From NCBI GenBank assembly GCA_965203965.1, contig CBDBDR010000017.1, positions 576,001-640,000 on the forward strand: a stretch of DNA of 64,000 bases, written 5' to 3'. A program made the translations under genes and the position numbers. Numbering within the stretch: position 1 is the first letter of the stretch; each line of letters begins with the position of its first letter. Positions 54,343 through 64,000 of the stretch are shown one piece after another. The stretch is from Thermodesulfobacteriota bacterium. Lineage in GTDB: Bacteria; Desulfobacterota_D; UBA1144; Nemesobacterales; JAJCZQ01. The notes beneath the pieces were generated by a model that was given only the letters and a program-made list of their open reading frames with translations, was not told the DNA's origin and did not search any database.

Positions 54343-54987
54343 ATGAAAACTCAAAAACCATCTACTGATGTTCTTGCAGACCAAAACCCGGAAAAAGCAA
54401 AGTTGTCAAAGTTGCTTTTATCGGTGTCAAAAGAAGGTCAGACTGAAACCATAAAAACCCTAATAGCCAAAGGGGCTAATGTTAATACTGAAGATGAATA
54501 CGGCTTTACGCCCCTACATTTGGCTGCATCGAAGGATCATACTGCAACCGTAAAAGCCTTGATCACTGCTGGAGCTAACGTCAATGCTAATAAAAATAAT
54601 AAAGGTTATACGCCTCTACACTGGGCTGCACAGGAGGGTCACACCAAAACGGTAGAAGTCTTAATAGCCGCCGGGTCTAACATTGAAGCTAAAGATAAAT
54701 CCGGTCATACGCCTCTACACTGGGCTGCAGCGCAAGGTCAAACTGCAATGGTAGAAGACTTAATAGCCGCCGGGTCTAACATTGAAGCTAAAGCTAATGA
54801 CGGTTCTACACCTCTGCATTTGGCTGCAGATCACCGTCACACTACAACTGTAAAAGTCCTAATAGGAGACGCCAAAGCTGATGTCAATACTAAAGATAGA
54901 GACGGCAATACGCCTCTATACTGGGCTGAAACGAAAGGTTACACTGAAATCGTAAAAGTCCTGAAAGAAGCTGGGGGAGTACGATAA
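54343..54987 (+). CDS. ankyrin-repeat protein (5 repeats plus N-cap), no signal peptide
   Basis: Shares the AKLSKLLLS N-cap and LKE.GG.R end with the upstream paralog; AAGGAG RBS. Confidence 0.95.
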   Translation: MKTQKPSTDVLADQNPEKAKLSKLLLSVSKEGQTETIKTLIAKGANVNTEDEYGFTPLHLAASKDHTATVKALITAGANVNANKNNKGYTPLHWAAQEGHTKTVEVLIAAGSNIEAKDKSGHTPLHWAAAQGQTAMVEDLIAAGSNIEAKANDGSTPLHLAADHRHTTTVKVLIGDAKADVNTKDRDGNTPLYWAETKGYTEIVKVLKEAGGVR

Positions 54988-55073
54988 GCAGTTAATGCTT
55001 GAAACATCATGAAGATTAAACAGCAAAAACGCTCTTCTTAATCCTTATATGGATAGAATTCATTTTCTCCAGC
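54988..55073 (+). repeat. 3' flank of ankyrin cassette, copy 2
   Basis: Nearly identical to 54049-54135. Confidence 0.9.
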
Positions 55074-55114
55074 CATAACAACACCAATAAGCCCACGTTG
55101 AAACTACTAAACAG

Positions 55115-55170
55115 TTAAAATTCAACTGAAAACGATTCATTACACTGTTTAAAATCCATTCTTTAGCCAT
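55115..55170 (-). pseudogene. N-terminal stub of an MjaI-like restriction endonuclease
   Basis: ATG overlaps the end of the methylase gene; MAKEWILNSVMNRFQLNF then the resemblance stops. Family call from memory. Confidence 0.6.
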
Positions 55171-56467
55171 TTATTACTGCCTCTCTTTCATAATTCAAAA
55201 ATCTTTTATAGTGCTTATATTCAAAACTTCTATCTGTTTCAGCAAAGCCATTTTTGATCAAATGTGCATTAATAAATGTTTTATTCTTTAAATACAGATA
55301 ACAAAGCAGATTGTTCTGTTCATCGTATTTCACTTCGTCAAATCTTAAAAATACTTTCTGACCTTTGGTTTTTTCTTTTAAGAACTTTTTCGCGGCAGAT
55401 AATTTCTCCTTGATTGGTTTAACGCCAATGAGCTTGACCTTCAAGCCGTCACTTAAAACTACTTCGTTCGGGGAATGAACCTCTTTAATCAAAAAATATT
55501 CATCTCTTTTACCGTTTGAACCATTGTCAATTCTTGAGCCAAATTGTAATTTTCTTGGATCAACCTCTTTACTTATTTTTACAGTATCTTTGAAAATATA
55601 GGGCAAACTACTTATATCCTTTTTGTAGTCTTTAACAACGTTGCTTGCACTAGTAAAATTAATTAAAGATCCTTCAAAAAGTTCTGGTTTGGATACGGCA
55701 AGTTTTTCCTTGATGATCGGCATAAATTCATCGTTTATTTCATATCCAATGGAATTTCTTTTTAAGTTAATTGCACTTAAACAGGTTGTCCCACTACCCA
55801 GGAAAGGATCCAATACAGTATCATCAACATAAGAAAACATTTTTATTAAACGGTTTGGTAGCTCCACGGGAAACATCGCAAGGTGTTTATCCTGTTTCTC
55901 ACCCGAAAAATTCCAATGACCGGAAAAATATTTATTCCATTCTTCTTTTGTGAGCTTAGACTTTTCCTTAATATGTTTGCTAACTTTCTTTGGTCTACCG
56001 GGTTTCTTAAACAACAATATAAATTCATAATCAATCTTTAAAATACCGTTCCTTGGATAAGGGTACGAACCCATTATGGTCGCCCCACCAGTAGTATTGG
56101 ATGTAATGATCTTTTGCCATATGATCGCCCCCATATAATCAAATCCAATAGTTTCACAAAATTTAATTACTTCAGTCCTTATGGGAATAACCTTATACCG
56201 TCTATAATAAACAGACCTAGCAAATTGGTCGCCAATATTTACACAGAGACGACATCCGTTATCCAGCACACGGTAACACTCGTTCCAGACAAGATTCAAA
56301 TTGTTGATGTAATCTTCATAAGAATCATCAAAACCTATCTGATCACTGTCCCCATAATCTTTAAGCTGCCAATACGGTGGAGATGTAACTACAATATGAA
56401 CCGAAGCGTCCTCAATCAAGTCCATATTCCTAGAATCTCCTATGACGATTTGATGATCGGTTTTCAT
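55163..56467 (-). CDS. beta-class DNA methyltransferase (probably N4-cytosine) with C-terminal thermonuclease-like domain
   Basis: TSPPY, HLAMFP, LDPFLGSGTT; C-terminal KVKLIGV..YD....LLCYLYL...FINAHLIKNG; start moved to MKTDH. Confidence 0.9.
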   Translation of the reverse strand: MKTDHQIVIGDSRNMDLIEDASVHIVVTSPPYWQLKDYGDSDQIGFDDSYEDYINNLNLVWNECYRVLDNGCRLCVNIGDQFARSVYYRRYKVIPIRTEVIKFCETIGFDYMGAIIWQKIITSNTTGGATIMGSYPYPRNGILKIDYEFILLFKKPGRPKKVSKHIKEKSKLTKEEWNKYFSGHWNFSGEKQDKHLAMFPVELPNRLIKMFSYVDDTVLDPFLGSGTTCLSAINLKRNSIGYEINDEFMPIIKEKLAVSKPELFEGSLINFTSASNVVKDYKKDISSLPYIFKDTVKISKEVDPRKLQFGSRIDNGSNGKRDEYFLIKEVHSPNEVVLSDGLKVKLIGVKPIKEKLSAAKKFLKEKTKGQKVFLRFDEVKYDEQNNLLCYLYLKNKTFINAHLIKNGFAETDRSFEYKHYKRFLNYEREAVING

Positions 56468-56712
56468 AAAAACAAAAAGGGAAAATCTATTTAACCATGA
56501 ATTCAAAGCCCAAGCACAACAAGATGTGCTAACTATGAAAATACCCAATTTGCACCTTAATTCCAAAACGTCCACGGGAACAATCCTGATACCAAACCAG
56601 CTTGATTTTCTATCCTTACACCAAATCACGGCAGGTTGAACTATCAAATTATTTACAGAGCTAAACCAACCCATATAATAGTGAGCTATATTTATAGATA
56701 ACAGAGGAAAAA

Positions 56713-57330
56713 ATGGACAATCTTGAAAAAAACCTGGATAGAGAGGTCAACAGCTATCTGCAAATTGTTGAAAGCAACCCTGAAGTGCAAAAACTACAAA
56801 ACGGGAGTATTACATCAGACGTTTATAGTAAATTCCTCAAAACGTTCTACGTTGTTGAATATTTAAGTCATAAAGCCGTAAAAAAGGCAAGTGAAAAGAC
56901 TACCAACTCACACCCCTATTTGAGCAAAAGATTTGATCTGTGCGCCAAGGGAGAACTTGGTCACGCTGAGATCGCCTTAAAAGACCTTTCCGATCTTGGC
57001 GAAACGGATCTTGAACTTAACAACAAGCAGATTGTTGACGAATACGATGACTTTCTTCAAAGGAACGCTGATGATTACCCACTGGGCATACTTGGTCATT
57101 CGTATCTTTTTGAGAATGTCTCGGGAATTTTATTTCCCAAGAACAACCCCCTTAATTTCCCTTCAAAGTTCATAGAGGTTCATGCAAAAGAAGACCCAAG
57201 ACACTCTCAGGCAATTAAGAGAACAGTTAGAAAAATAGAAAAAGACATCTCAGTAAATGATATTGAAAGGATCATTAGCATAACCAGAAAAAGCGGTAAC
57301 TACCTTTTAAAAGTGTTTGAAACTGCTTAA
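56713..57330 (+). CDS. heme-oxygenase-like iron-containing redox protein
   Basis: Helical, with ELGH, YLFE and HAKEDPRH putative metal ligands. Confidence 0.65.
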   Translation: MDNLEKNLDREVNSYLQIVESNPEVQKLQNGSITSDVYSKFLKTFYVVEYLSHKAVKKASEKTTNSHPYLSKRFDLCAKGELGHAEIALKDLSDLGETDLELNNKQIVDEYDDFLQRNADDYPLGILGHSYLFENVSGILFPKNNPLNFPSKFIEVHAKEDPRHSQAIKRTVRKIEKDISVNDIERIISITRKSGNYLLKVFETA

Positions 57331-57341
57331 AATAAAACAGT

Positions 57342-58739
57342 ATGAGCAGTCCCTCCCTCCTTCTGAAACTGCGGGAATTAGTAAGTTGTAAGATCTCAAC
57401 GGACAAAGAGTTTCTTGAGCTATACGGAACCGACTGGACAAGGGAGTTCATTCCCAACCCACTGGCGGTAACATTCCCAAAAACTGTAGAAGACGTCAGG
57501 AAAATAACTACTTTTGCCAACGCAAACAAAATCCCGTTGACACCTTCGGGAGGAAGAACAGGTTTAAGTGCAGGTGCAGTAGCATCAGAAGGAGAGCTTG
57601 TAGTTTCATTTGAAAAAATGAACAAAATTCTCTCTTTCAATGAAATTGACCGTACACTGGAAGTGGAAGCTGGTGTTACCACGCAACAGGTGCAGGAATT
57701 TGCCTCAACAAAGGAGCTTTACTACCCCGTTGACTTCTCATCCAGAGGATCAAGCCAGATAGGTGGGAACATTGCCACAAATGCAGGAGGGATACACGTC
57801 ATAAGGTATGGTTCAACAAGGAATTGGGTAACGGGGTTAAAAGTTGTAACCGGTAGAGGTGAATTGCTTGATCTTAACATGGGTCTAACTAAAAACGCCA
57901 CGGGATATGATCTAAAAAATCTTTTTATCGGCAGTGAGGGAACTTTGGGGTTTATAGTGGAAGCCACCTTACAGTTGACCAGTAAACCTCGCCAATCATC
58001 CGTAATGTTGACCGGGACGGATGAAATTGGAAAATCGGTTGAAATTCTCAATATGTTCAGAGAAAAGATCACATTAAACGCATTTGAGTTTTTTTCGGCA
58101 AATGCCGTTGAACACATAACGTCAAAGACTGGAAAGAACTTTCCCATAAAAAACAGCTATATGTATTACTTGTTAATGGATTTTGAAACACCTACGGATA
58201 TTGAATTGGAAAAAGTTGACAAGATATACCGGCAAGCTGCTCGTAAGAAACTGATTGGAGAAACGGTGATCAGCCGGAGCACAGCACAGAACTCCAAACT
58301 CTGGGAGCTGCGCGAAAACGTTACGGAGTCAATATCAAAGTTTTTAACTTATAAAAACGATATTTCCGTGAGAACGTCGCAAATCCCTGCTTTTATAAAA
58401 GAGATAGAAGAAACTTTACAAAGAAAATACCCAGATTTCAGCACGATCTTGTTCGGACATATAGGAGATGGAAATATACATGTAAGCATTTTAAAACCTG
58501 AAAGTCTCAACAAGCAGAAGTTTTTGGAAACCTGTAAAAATGTGAACAAATCATTATTCGGGGTCGTGTCAAAATACAAGGGTAGCATATCTGCCGAGCA
58601 TGGCGTTGGTCTCATCAAAAAACCCTACCTGACCTACACACGAACAAAGGAAGAGATCAATATAATGAGGGGAATAAAAAAAGTTTTTGACCCCAATAAC
58701 ATCTTGAACCCCGGCAAGATATTTCCCGATCAGGTTTGA
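57342..58739 (+). CDS. FAD-linked oxidoreductase (GlcD / D-2-hydroxyacid dehydrogenase-like)
   Basis: GGRTGLSAG, GGNIATNAGG, GSEGTLG, GHIGDGNIH, SAEHGVG, LNPGK. Confidence 0.93.
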   Translation: MSSPSLLLKLRELVSCKISTDKEFLELYGTDWTREFIPNPLAVTFPKTVEDVRKITTFANANKIPLTPSGGRTGLSAGAVASEGELVVSFEKMNKILSFNEIDRTLEVEAGVTTQQVQEFASTKELYYPVDFSSRGSSQIGGNIATNAGGIHVIRYGSTRNWVTGLKVVTGRGELLDLNMGLTKNATGYDLKNLFIGSEGTLGFIVEATLQLTSKPRQSSVMLTGTDEIGKSVEILNMFREKITLNAFEFFSANAVEHITSKTGKNFPIKNSYMYYLLMDFETPTDIELEKVDKIYRQAARKKLIGETVISRSTAQNSKLWELRENVTESISKFLTYKNDISVRTSQIPAFIKEIEETLQRKYPDFSTILFGHIGDGNIHVSILKPESLNKQKFLETCKNVNKSLFGVVSKYKGSISAEHGVGLIKKPYLTYTRTKEEINIMRGIKKVFDPNNILNPGKIFPDQV

Positions 58740-59299
58740 ACCTCACTATGGCGGAAGCAGTCAATAACGTGATCATTCACAACACCAACGGCCTGAATAT
58801 GAGAATACAGAATGGTTGATCCTAAAAATTGAAATCCCTTGCCTTTTAGATCTTTTGCAATAGAATCAGAGAGTTTGGTGTTGGGAGGTATTTCCGACAG
58901 GTTTTTCCAGTTGTTAATAACTGGTTTCCCATCTACAAAACCCCAGAGATAATTACTGAAGCTTCCATATTTCTCCTGAATATCAATGAATTTTTTCGCA
59001 TTATTGACGGATGCCTCTATCTTTTTCCTGTTCCTGATGATCCCGGGATTCAGCAATAGTTCTTCAATTTTTTCATTACCAAAACCCACAACTTTTTCCA
59101 CGTTGAAATCATCGTAAGCCCTTCTGAAATTCTCTCTTTTTTTTAATATGGTGAACCAACTTAAACCCGCTTGTGCTGACTCCAGAACCAGGAACTCAAA
59201 CTGCTTTCGGTCATTAAATACCGGCAGCCCCCACTCTTCATCATGATACTTTATATACAAATCATGCCTGAGGCACCACTGGCATCTTTTCATACTCAT
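58730..59299 (-). CDS. tag: DNA-3-methyladenine glycosylase I
   Basis: RCQW, YHDEEWG, ESAQAGLSW, NDHVIDC. Confidence 0.95.
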   Translation of the reverse strand: MSMKRCQWCLRHDLYIKYHDEEWGLPVFNDRKQFEFLVLESAQAGLSWFTILKKRENFRRAYDDFNVEKVVGFGNEKIEELLLNPGIIRNRKKIEASVNNAKKFIDIQEKYGSFSNYLWGFVDGKPVINNWKNLSEIPPNTKLSDSIAKDLKGKGFQFLGSTILYSHIQAVGVVNDHVIDCFRHSEVQT

Positions 59300-59346
59300 C
59301 ACAGAATTTTGCCATAATTTATGCAAAAACATACATCCAAAATTAT

Positions 59347-60096
59347 TTACCTGTAGAGCGGGTTTTCAAAATCAAATCTGCACCCCGCATCCCATTTAGA
59401 ACGCTGGTTACCATGTGCGGGGATTCCTCCTGCGTCTTTTATCATTCGTGCAAGGTGCATCAAGTTCCACGTCATAAAAGTAGTGTTACGATTGGTAAAA
59501 TCATTCTCGGGACCGCCAGACCCCTCATCAAGATAAGATGGGCCTGGGCCAGCTTCACCCAACCAACCAGCATCTGCCTGTGGAGGGATCACGTAGCCAA
59601 GATGTTGCAATGAATAAAGAATATTCATCGCACAGTGCTTTGCACCGTCCTCATTACCAGTTATCAAACATCCCCCAACGCGTCCATAGTAGGCGTATTG
59701 TCCTGCATCATTCAGATCACCGGATGTTGAATAAAGCCTTTCTATTACCTGCGTGCACACGGAAGACTTCTCTCCAAGCCATATAGGGGAAGTAATGACC
59801 AAAATATCCGAGTCAATCACCTTCTTATAAATATCAGGCCACTCATCCTTATCCCATCCATGCTCGGTCATATCACCCCATACTCCAAAAGCAACTTTGT
59901 AATCCACGGGTCTAAGGCATTCAACGCTTACCCCATTCTCTTCCATTATAAGCCTTGAAATATCAATCAAACCCTGGGTGTGTGATAATTCAGGGGATTT
60001 TTTCAGTGTGCAATTCAAAAAAATAGCTTTAAGATCATTGAAATCCCACTTACTCCCTTCACACATTTTTAGTTGTTTTTCATTAAGCTCAGTCAT
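59347..60096 (-). CDS. flavodoxin-family / NADPH-dependent FMN reductase-like protein
   Basis: NCTLKKSP..SHT, SPIWLGE, ITGNEDG; start set at MTELN. Confidence 0.85.
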   Translation of the reverse strand: MTELNEKQLKMCEGSKWDFNDLKAIFLNCTLKKSPELSHTQGLIDISRLIMEENGVSVECLRPVDYKVAFGVWGDMTEHGWDKDEWPDIYKKVIDSDILVITSPIWLGEKSSVCTQVIERLYSTSGDLNDAGQYAYYGRVGGCLITGNEDGAKHCAMNILYSLQHLGYVIPPQADAGWLGEAGPGPSYLDEGSGGPENDFTNRNTTFMTWNLMHLARMIKDAGGIPAHGNQRSKWDAGCRFDFENPLYR

Positions 60097-60229
60097 CGGA
60101 TTTCCTCTATTCCTAACCATTTGCACCGGACAGAACAGACCAGATCCTGATCGCTCCCCATAGAACTGTAAGGTAGGTTAAGGCTAAGAGAGTTTTGTTT
60201 GGCTTTTGAGAAACAAGACGATATTATCG

Positions 60230-61567
60230 CTAACACCCATCTTCAGTAACCTTAGTAATTTGAGTATTACCAGCATTAGTGCTCGCTTCAACCACCTTAT
60301 TAATTTCAATCATGCCTGAGTTAGCATACTCAATAATTTCATAGAACGTACTGGTTGCCTCTCCATTCTCATCAAATTCTATAGCGCCCGACACCCCATC
60401 GTAGTTAATATTATCATTCGTTTCATCGTCATCTGTTAGAAATCTAGCACATTCTCCATAAGTATTACAAGGTGTTCCACCACGGGAAACTTTGATCATC
60501 TCAGAAACATATTCGGTCGGTTCATTACTTCCAGCGGACAAAGATGCTAATGCAAGAATCACTAAGGCATCATACGCTTGAAACCCATAGTAAAAGCGAT
60601 CCAATTCTGGATTAACTTCTCTCAAATCTGCTTCAAAACTTTCAGATCTGCATAGATCACCGGATATTTGTACAGACTTGATACTACCACCAGCACCATT
60701 AATTGACGTTATTACCTCAGGGTCTAAATCTATACCAATTCCCAGATAGTATTCGGCGCCGTTGGGGATATCATTCCTGTCTACCACTTCTGCCAATATG
60801 GCCCTACCCTCTCCAAAAGAGAGGAGAACTATAACGTCAGTATTGCTGTCAGTAATACCTGAAATATCCGTGATTATAGACTCGGTATCTGCGGAAGGGG
60901 CATAAGACAGTGTTGACACTACTACATTTCTACCAACGAAATAATCATCAGAATCAATAATCCTTTCTATCTCTTCCGACAATCTCCTTCCCCAATCATC
61001 GTCACGATAAACAAGTGCTATGTCAACTGTGTCAAGAGAGGCAGTGTCCTCATCTATAGTATCTACAATTAATTCTGTTTTATGAACAGAATCCGAAACA
61101 GTGGTTCTATAGTAATAAGGATAATCAAGTCCCGTTCTGGCTAAAAAACGCTCATTGTATTCAGTTAGGCTTGGAGATGTGTTAGCAGGCGATACCATAA
61201 CTACCTCGCTTCCGATCACCCGATAGATTATGCCAAGAGAAACTCCAGAAGCATAAGCTCCGACAATACCATGAACACCTATATCTAAAAGTTCCCCTGC
61301 AACTTGATAAGCTGCACCAGGGTTACCTTCACTATCCCTAAAAATTAACTCGACGTCTCCCCCGGCTCCATTAATATCAGACGCCGCAACATCAATAGCT
61401 GCCTTCATGGCCGGGAAATCTGTGCCAGATTCAGGCAATATCACTCCTATACAGAGAGAATCCACACATGTTGTATCATCATCTTCCTCACAACCAACAT
61501 TAAACAACGAAAAACTCACTAAACTTAAAATTGAAACGATCAAAAAACTTAATTTTCTAAAATACAA
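60230..61567 (-). CDS. type I periplasmic-binding lipoprotein (LivJ/ANF-receptor-like)
   Basis: Lipobox NVGC, IGVILP, IVGAYASGVS, SPANTSP, YDALVILALA, GVSGAIEFD; TTG start. Confidence 0.85.
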   Translation of the reverse strand: MYFRKLSFLIVSILSLVSFSLFNVGCEEDDDTTCVDSLCIGVILPESGTDFPAMKAAIDVAASDINGAGGDVELIFRDSEGNPGAAYQVAGELLDIGVHGIVGAYASGVSLGIIYRVIGSEVVMVSPANTSPSLTEYNERFLARTGLDYPYYYRTTVSDSVHKTELIVDTIDEDTASLDTVDIALVYRDDDWGRRLSEEIERIIDSDDYFVGRNVVVSTLSYAPSADTESIITDISGITDSNTDVIVLLSFGEGRAILAEVVDRNDIPNGAEYYLGIGIDLDPEVITSINGAGGSIKSVQISGDLCRSESFEADLREVNPELDRFYYGFQAYDALVILALASLSAGSNEPTEYVSEMIKVSRGGTPCNTYGECARFLTDDDETNDNINYDGVSGAIEFDENGEATSTFYEIIEYANSGMIEINKVVEASTNAGNTQITKVTEDGC

Positions 61568-61659
61568 TTTTCTAACTCCTTTAATGAAATTGCTTACCCT
61601 TGTGTATTGAAGCAGAAAAATTATTTTAAGTCAATAAAAATTGATGCTGTTCAATTGGC

Positions 61660-63084
61660 TTAGGTGCAGTCTCCCGTAGGAGTTCCATCCAAATTGTACA
61701 CCGTTTCAGTCCTGCTACCGGCAACAGTAGTATCATACTCATAAACGGCATAGAACCCTTTGGTTATATCTTTCACATCGTTAAAATCTATCGGACCCGA
61801 AACTCCCTCGTAGTTAATATCGTTATTATTCTCATCACCATCCGTTAGCAGATCGGCACATTCCCTGTAACTTTCACAAGTTTCCCCAACTTCGGAAACT
61901 GGCTTCATATAATCAACATAGACTTCTGGGTCGTCACTCTTGGCAGCCAGAGAAGCCAGAGCCATAAGTACCAGGGCATCATAAGAATGATGTGAGAATG
62001 CAAAACTTGTCAATCCAACGATTTCATTCTGAAGACGTCTGTTAAAGTCTCCTTCTTTACACTTATCTGGGGCTGATGCAATTGCAATTATGCCATTGGT
62101 TAAATCTTTGTTAAAGGAAGGAGGTGGAGGACTTAAAATACTCTCTACTTCTACCAATCTTTCACCGATGTCCAAAGGAACAAACCCATCCCCTGTATAG
62201 TATCTAGCTAGACCAGGAACACCCAACGACGCTGTGCCGGTCGCACTCGTTGGATTTGGAATACCATCATCTTCTAACATAGCTCTCAATATATTAGCTC
62301 CTTCAGTAAAGGCAAAGAGGATTATTACATCCGCTTCCCCTATATCTCCAGTTGCGCTATCTTTAAGGTCATTAACTATCGTCCTAACTTGGATATTAGT
62401 TATAGGATTCTCTGATGTAATTTCAGGGTATTTTACTGTTTTGATAAGAGTCAAATTTGGGTTATTTTCAATCGAAAATTCCACCCCCTGTGATAAACTT
62501 TCTCCCCACCGATCATCACGATAGATTAAGGCTATCTGAGCTTTATTTGACTCTGTTGCACCGGTATCTGTTTTTATTCTTTCTATCATAAATGGTACAA
62601 TAAAGACATCTGAAGGAGCTGTTCTGTGGAAAAAAGTCTTTTGAAGAGCAAAAGGATCACTTAGAATAAATTCGTTTAATGCAGTAAAAGCAGGTGCTGT
62701 GGCAGAAGGAGATACCATAACTACGCGACTCGAGTGCACCTTTGTTAAAATTCGGCCAGAAACACTGGAAGAAGCGGCTCCAAGTACGCCTTCAATTCCA
62801 AGATCTAATAACTCTTCCGCTGCGAGAAAACCTACTTCCGGATCTTCACGACTATCTCTGTAAATAATCTTAATATTTCCACCAGCATTATTAATATCAG
62901 ACTCTGCCAGACTGGCACCCGCTACTGATGGGTCATCCTCGGGCAGAATTACCCCTATACAAAGAGTCTCGTCATCTAACGCACATTCATTACCTTCGTC
63001 ATCATCACAGGCAGATAACAAAAAACCACTCACAATTAACATCAAAGCTAAAAAATAGAAAATCACGCGACCTGATCGTTCCAT
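61660..63084 (-). CDS. type I periplasmic-binding lipoprotein, paralog of the adjacent gene
   Basis: Lipobox LSAC, IGVILP, GAASSSVS, RTAPSD, YDALVLMALA, GVSGPIDF; start at MERSG after GGAGG. Confidence 0.85.
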   Translation of the reverse strand: MERSGRVIFYFLALMLIVSGFLLSACDDDEGNECALDDETLCIGVILPEDDPSVAGASLAESDINNAGGNIKIIYRDSREDPEVGFLAAEELLDLGIEGVLGAASSSVSGRILTKVHSSRVVMVSPSATAPAFTALNEFILSDPFALQKTFFHRTAPSDVFIVPFMIERIKTDTGATESNKAQIALIYRDDRWGESLSQGVEFSIENNPNLTLIKTVKYPEITSENPITNIQVRTIVNDLKDSATGDIGEADVIILFAFTEGANILRAMLEDDGIPNPTSATGTASLGVPGLARYYTGDGFVPLDIGERLVEVESILSPPPPSFNKDLTNGIIAIASAPDKCKEGDFNRRLQNEIVGLTSFAFSHHSYDALVLMALASLAAKSDDPEVYVDYMKPVSEVGETCESYRECADLLTDGDENNNDINYEGVSGPIDFNDVKDITKGFYAVYEYDTTVAGSRTETVYNLDGTPTGDCT

Positions 63085-63245
63085 AGAATTTAAACCTCCA
63101 TTGAAGACCAAAAGTCTAAAAACATGTTTTCGACATCAGAATTGTTCAACCTTTTTGATCTTATAGGTTTACCTTTTCTTTTTTTGACATAACTGAAATA
63201 TAATGCTGAGAAAAACGCCATTAGTTTGAGAATTTTTAAGCCCCG

Positions 63246-64000
<755 letters not shown>

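Noticed and set aside
51277..54987. Diversity-generating retroelement acting on the ankyrin repeats
   Set aside because: No reverse transcriptase in the window, and differences are not confined to adenines
49987..56700. tRNA-integrated genomic island
   Set aside because: The accessory DNA is on the 5' side of the tRNA; no integrase and no duplicated tRNA 3' end seen

Overview
AT-rich bacterial chromosome segment. The proteins look deltaproteobacterial-like; Ca. Dadabacteria or another host-associated lineage is a guess, not established. 1-15.6 kb is the tuf-S10-spc-alpha ribosomal cluster on the minus strand, with no rpmD and no fusA before tuf. It is followed by SRP RNA-dnaX and many housekeeping genes (nfo, pdaD, recN, proA, cysC, ndk, lipB, holA, rpsT, tal, ispA, xseB, proS, clpB, greA, carB, thiC, tsaD, trpS, tRNA-Arg). 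The window ends inside a 23S rRNA gene. The most notable accessory signals are: (1) ribosomal protein S20 fused in frame, through 25-aa repeats, to a hydrophobic Gly/Ala-rich domain; (2) a leader RNA with two mutually exclusive helices, one covering the start codon of a PEGA lipoprotein; (3) a 42-copy perfect GAGCCAAA array lying between a promoter and a single antisense copy of the unit; (4) tandem ankyrin gene cassettes with duplicated flanks, next to a truncated restriction gene; (5) an intact RAYT-like gene that has lost its HUH motif; (6) a CopL/DUF2946-like leader ORF ending in RPP ahead of a metal-handling operon; (7) a nuclease-like gene split at an A9 tract; (8) unusual 23S changes at the base of helix 89 and in the sarcin-ricin loop. 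All family assignments come from motif recognition by eye; no database search was run.
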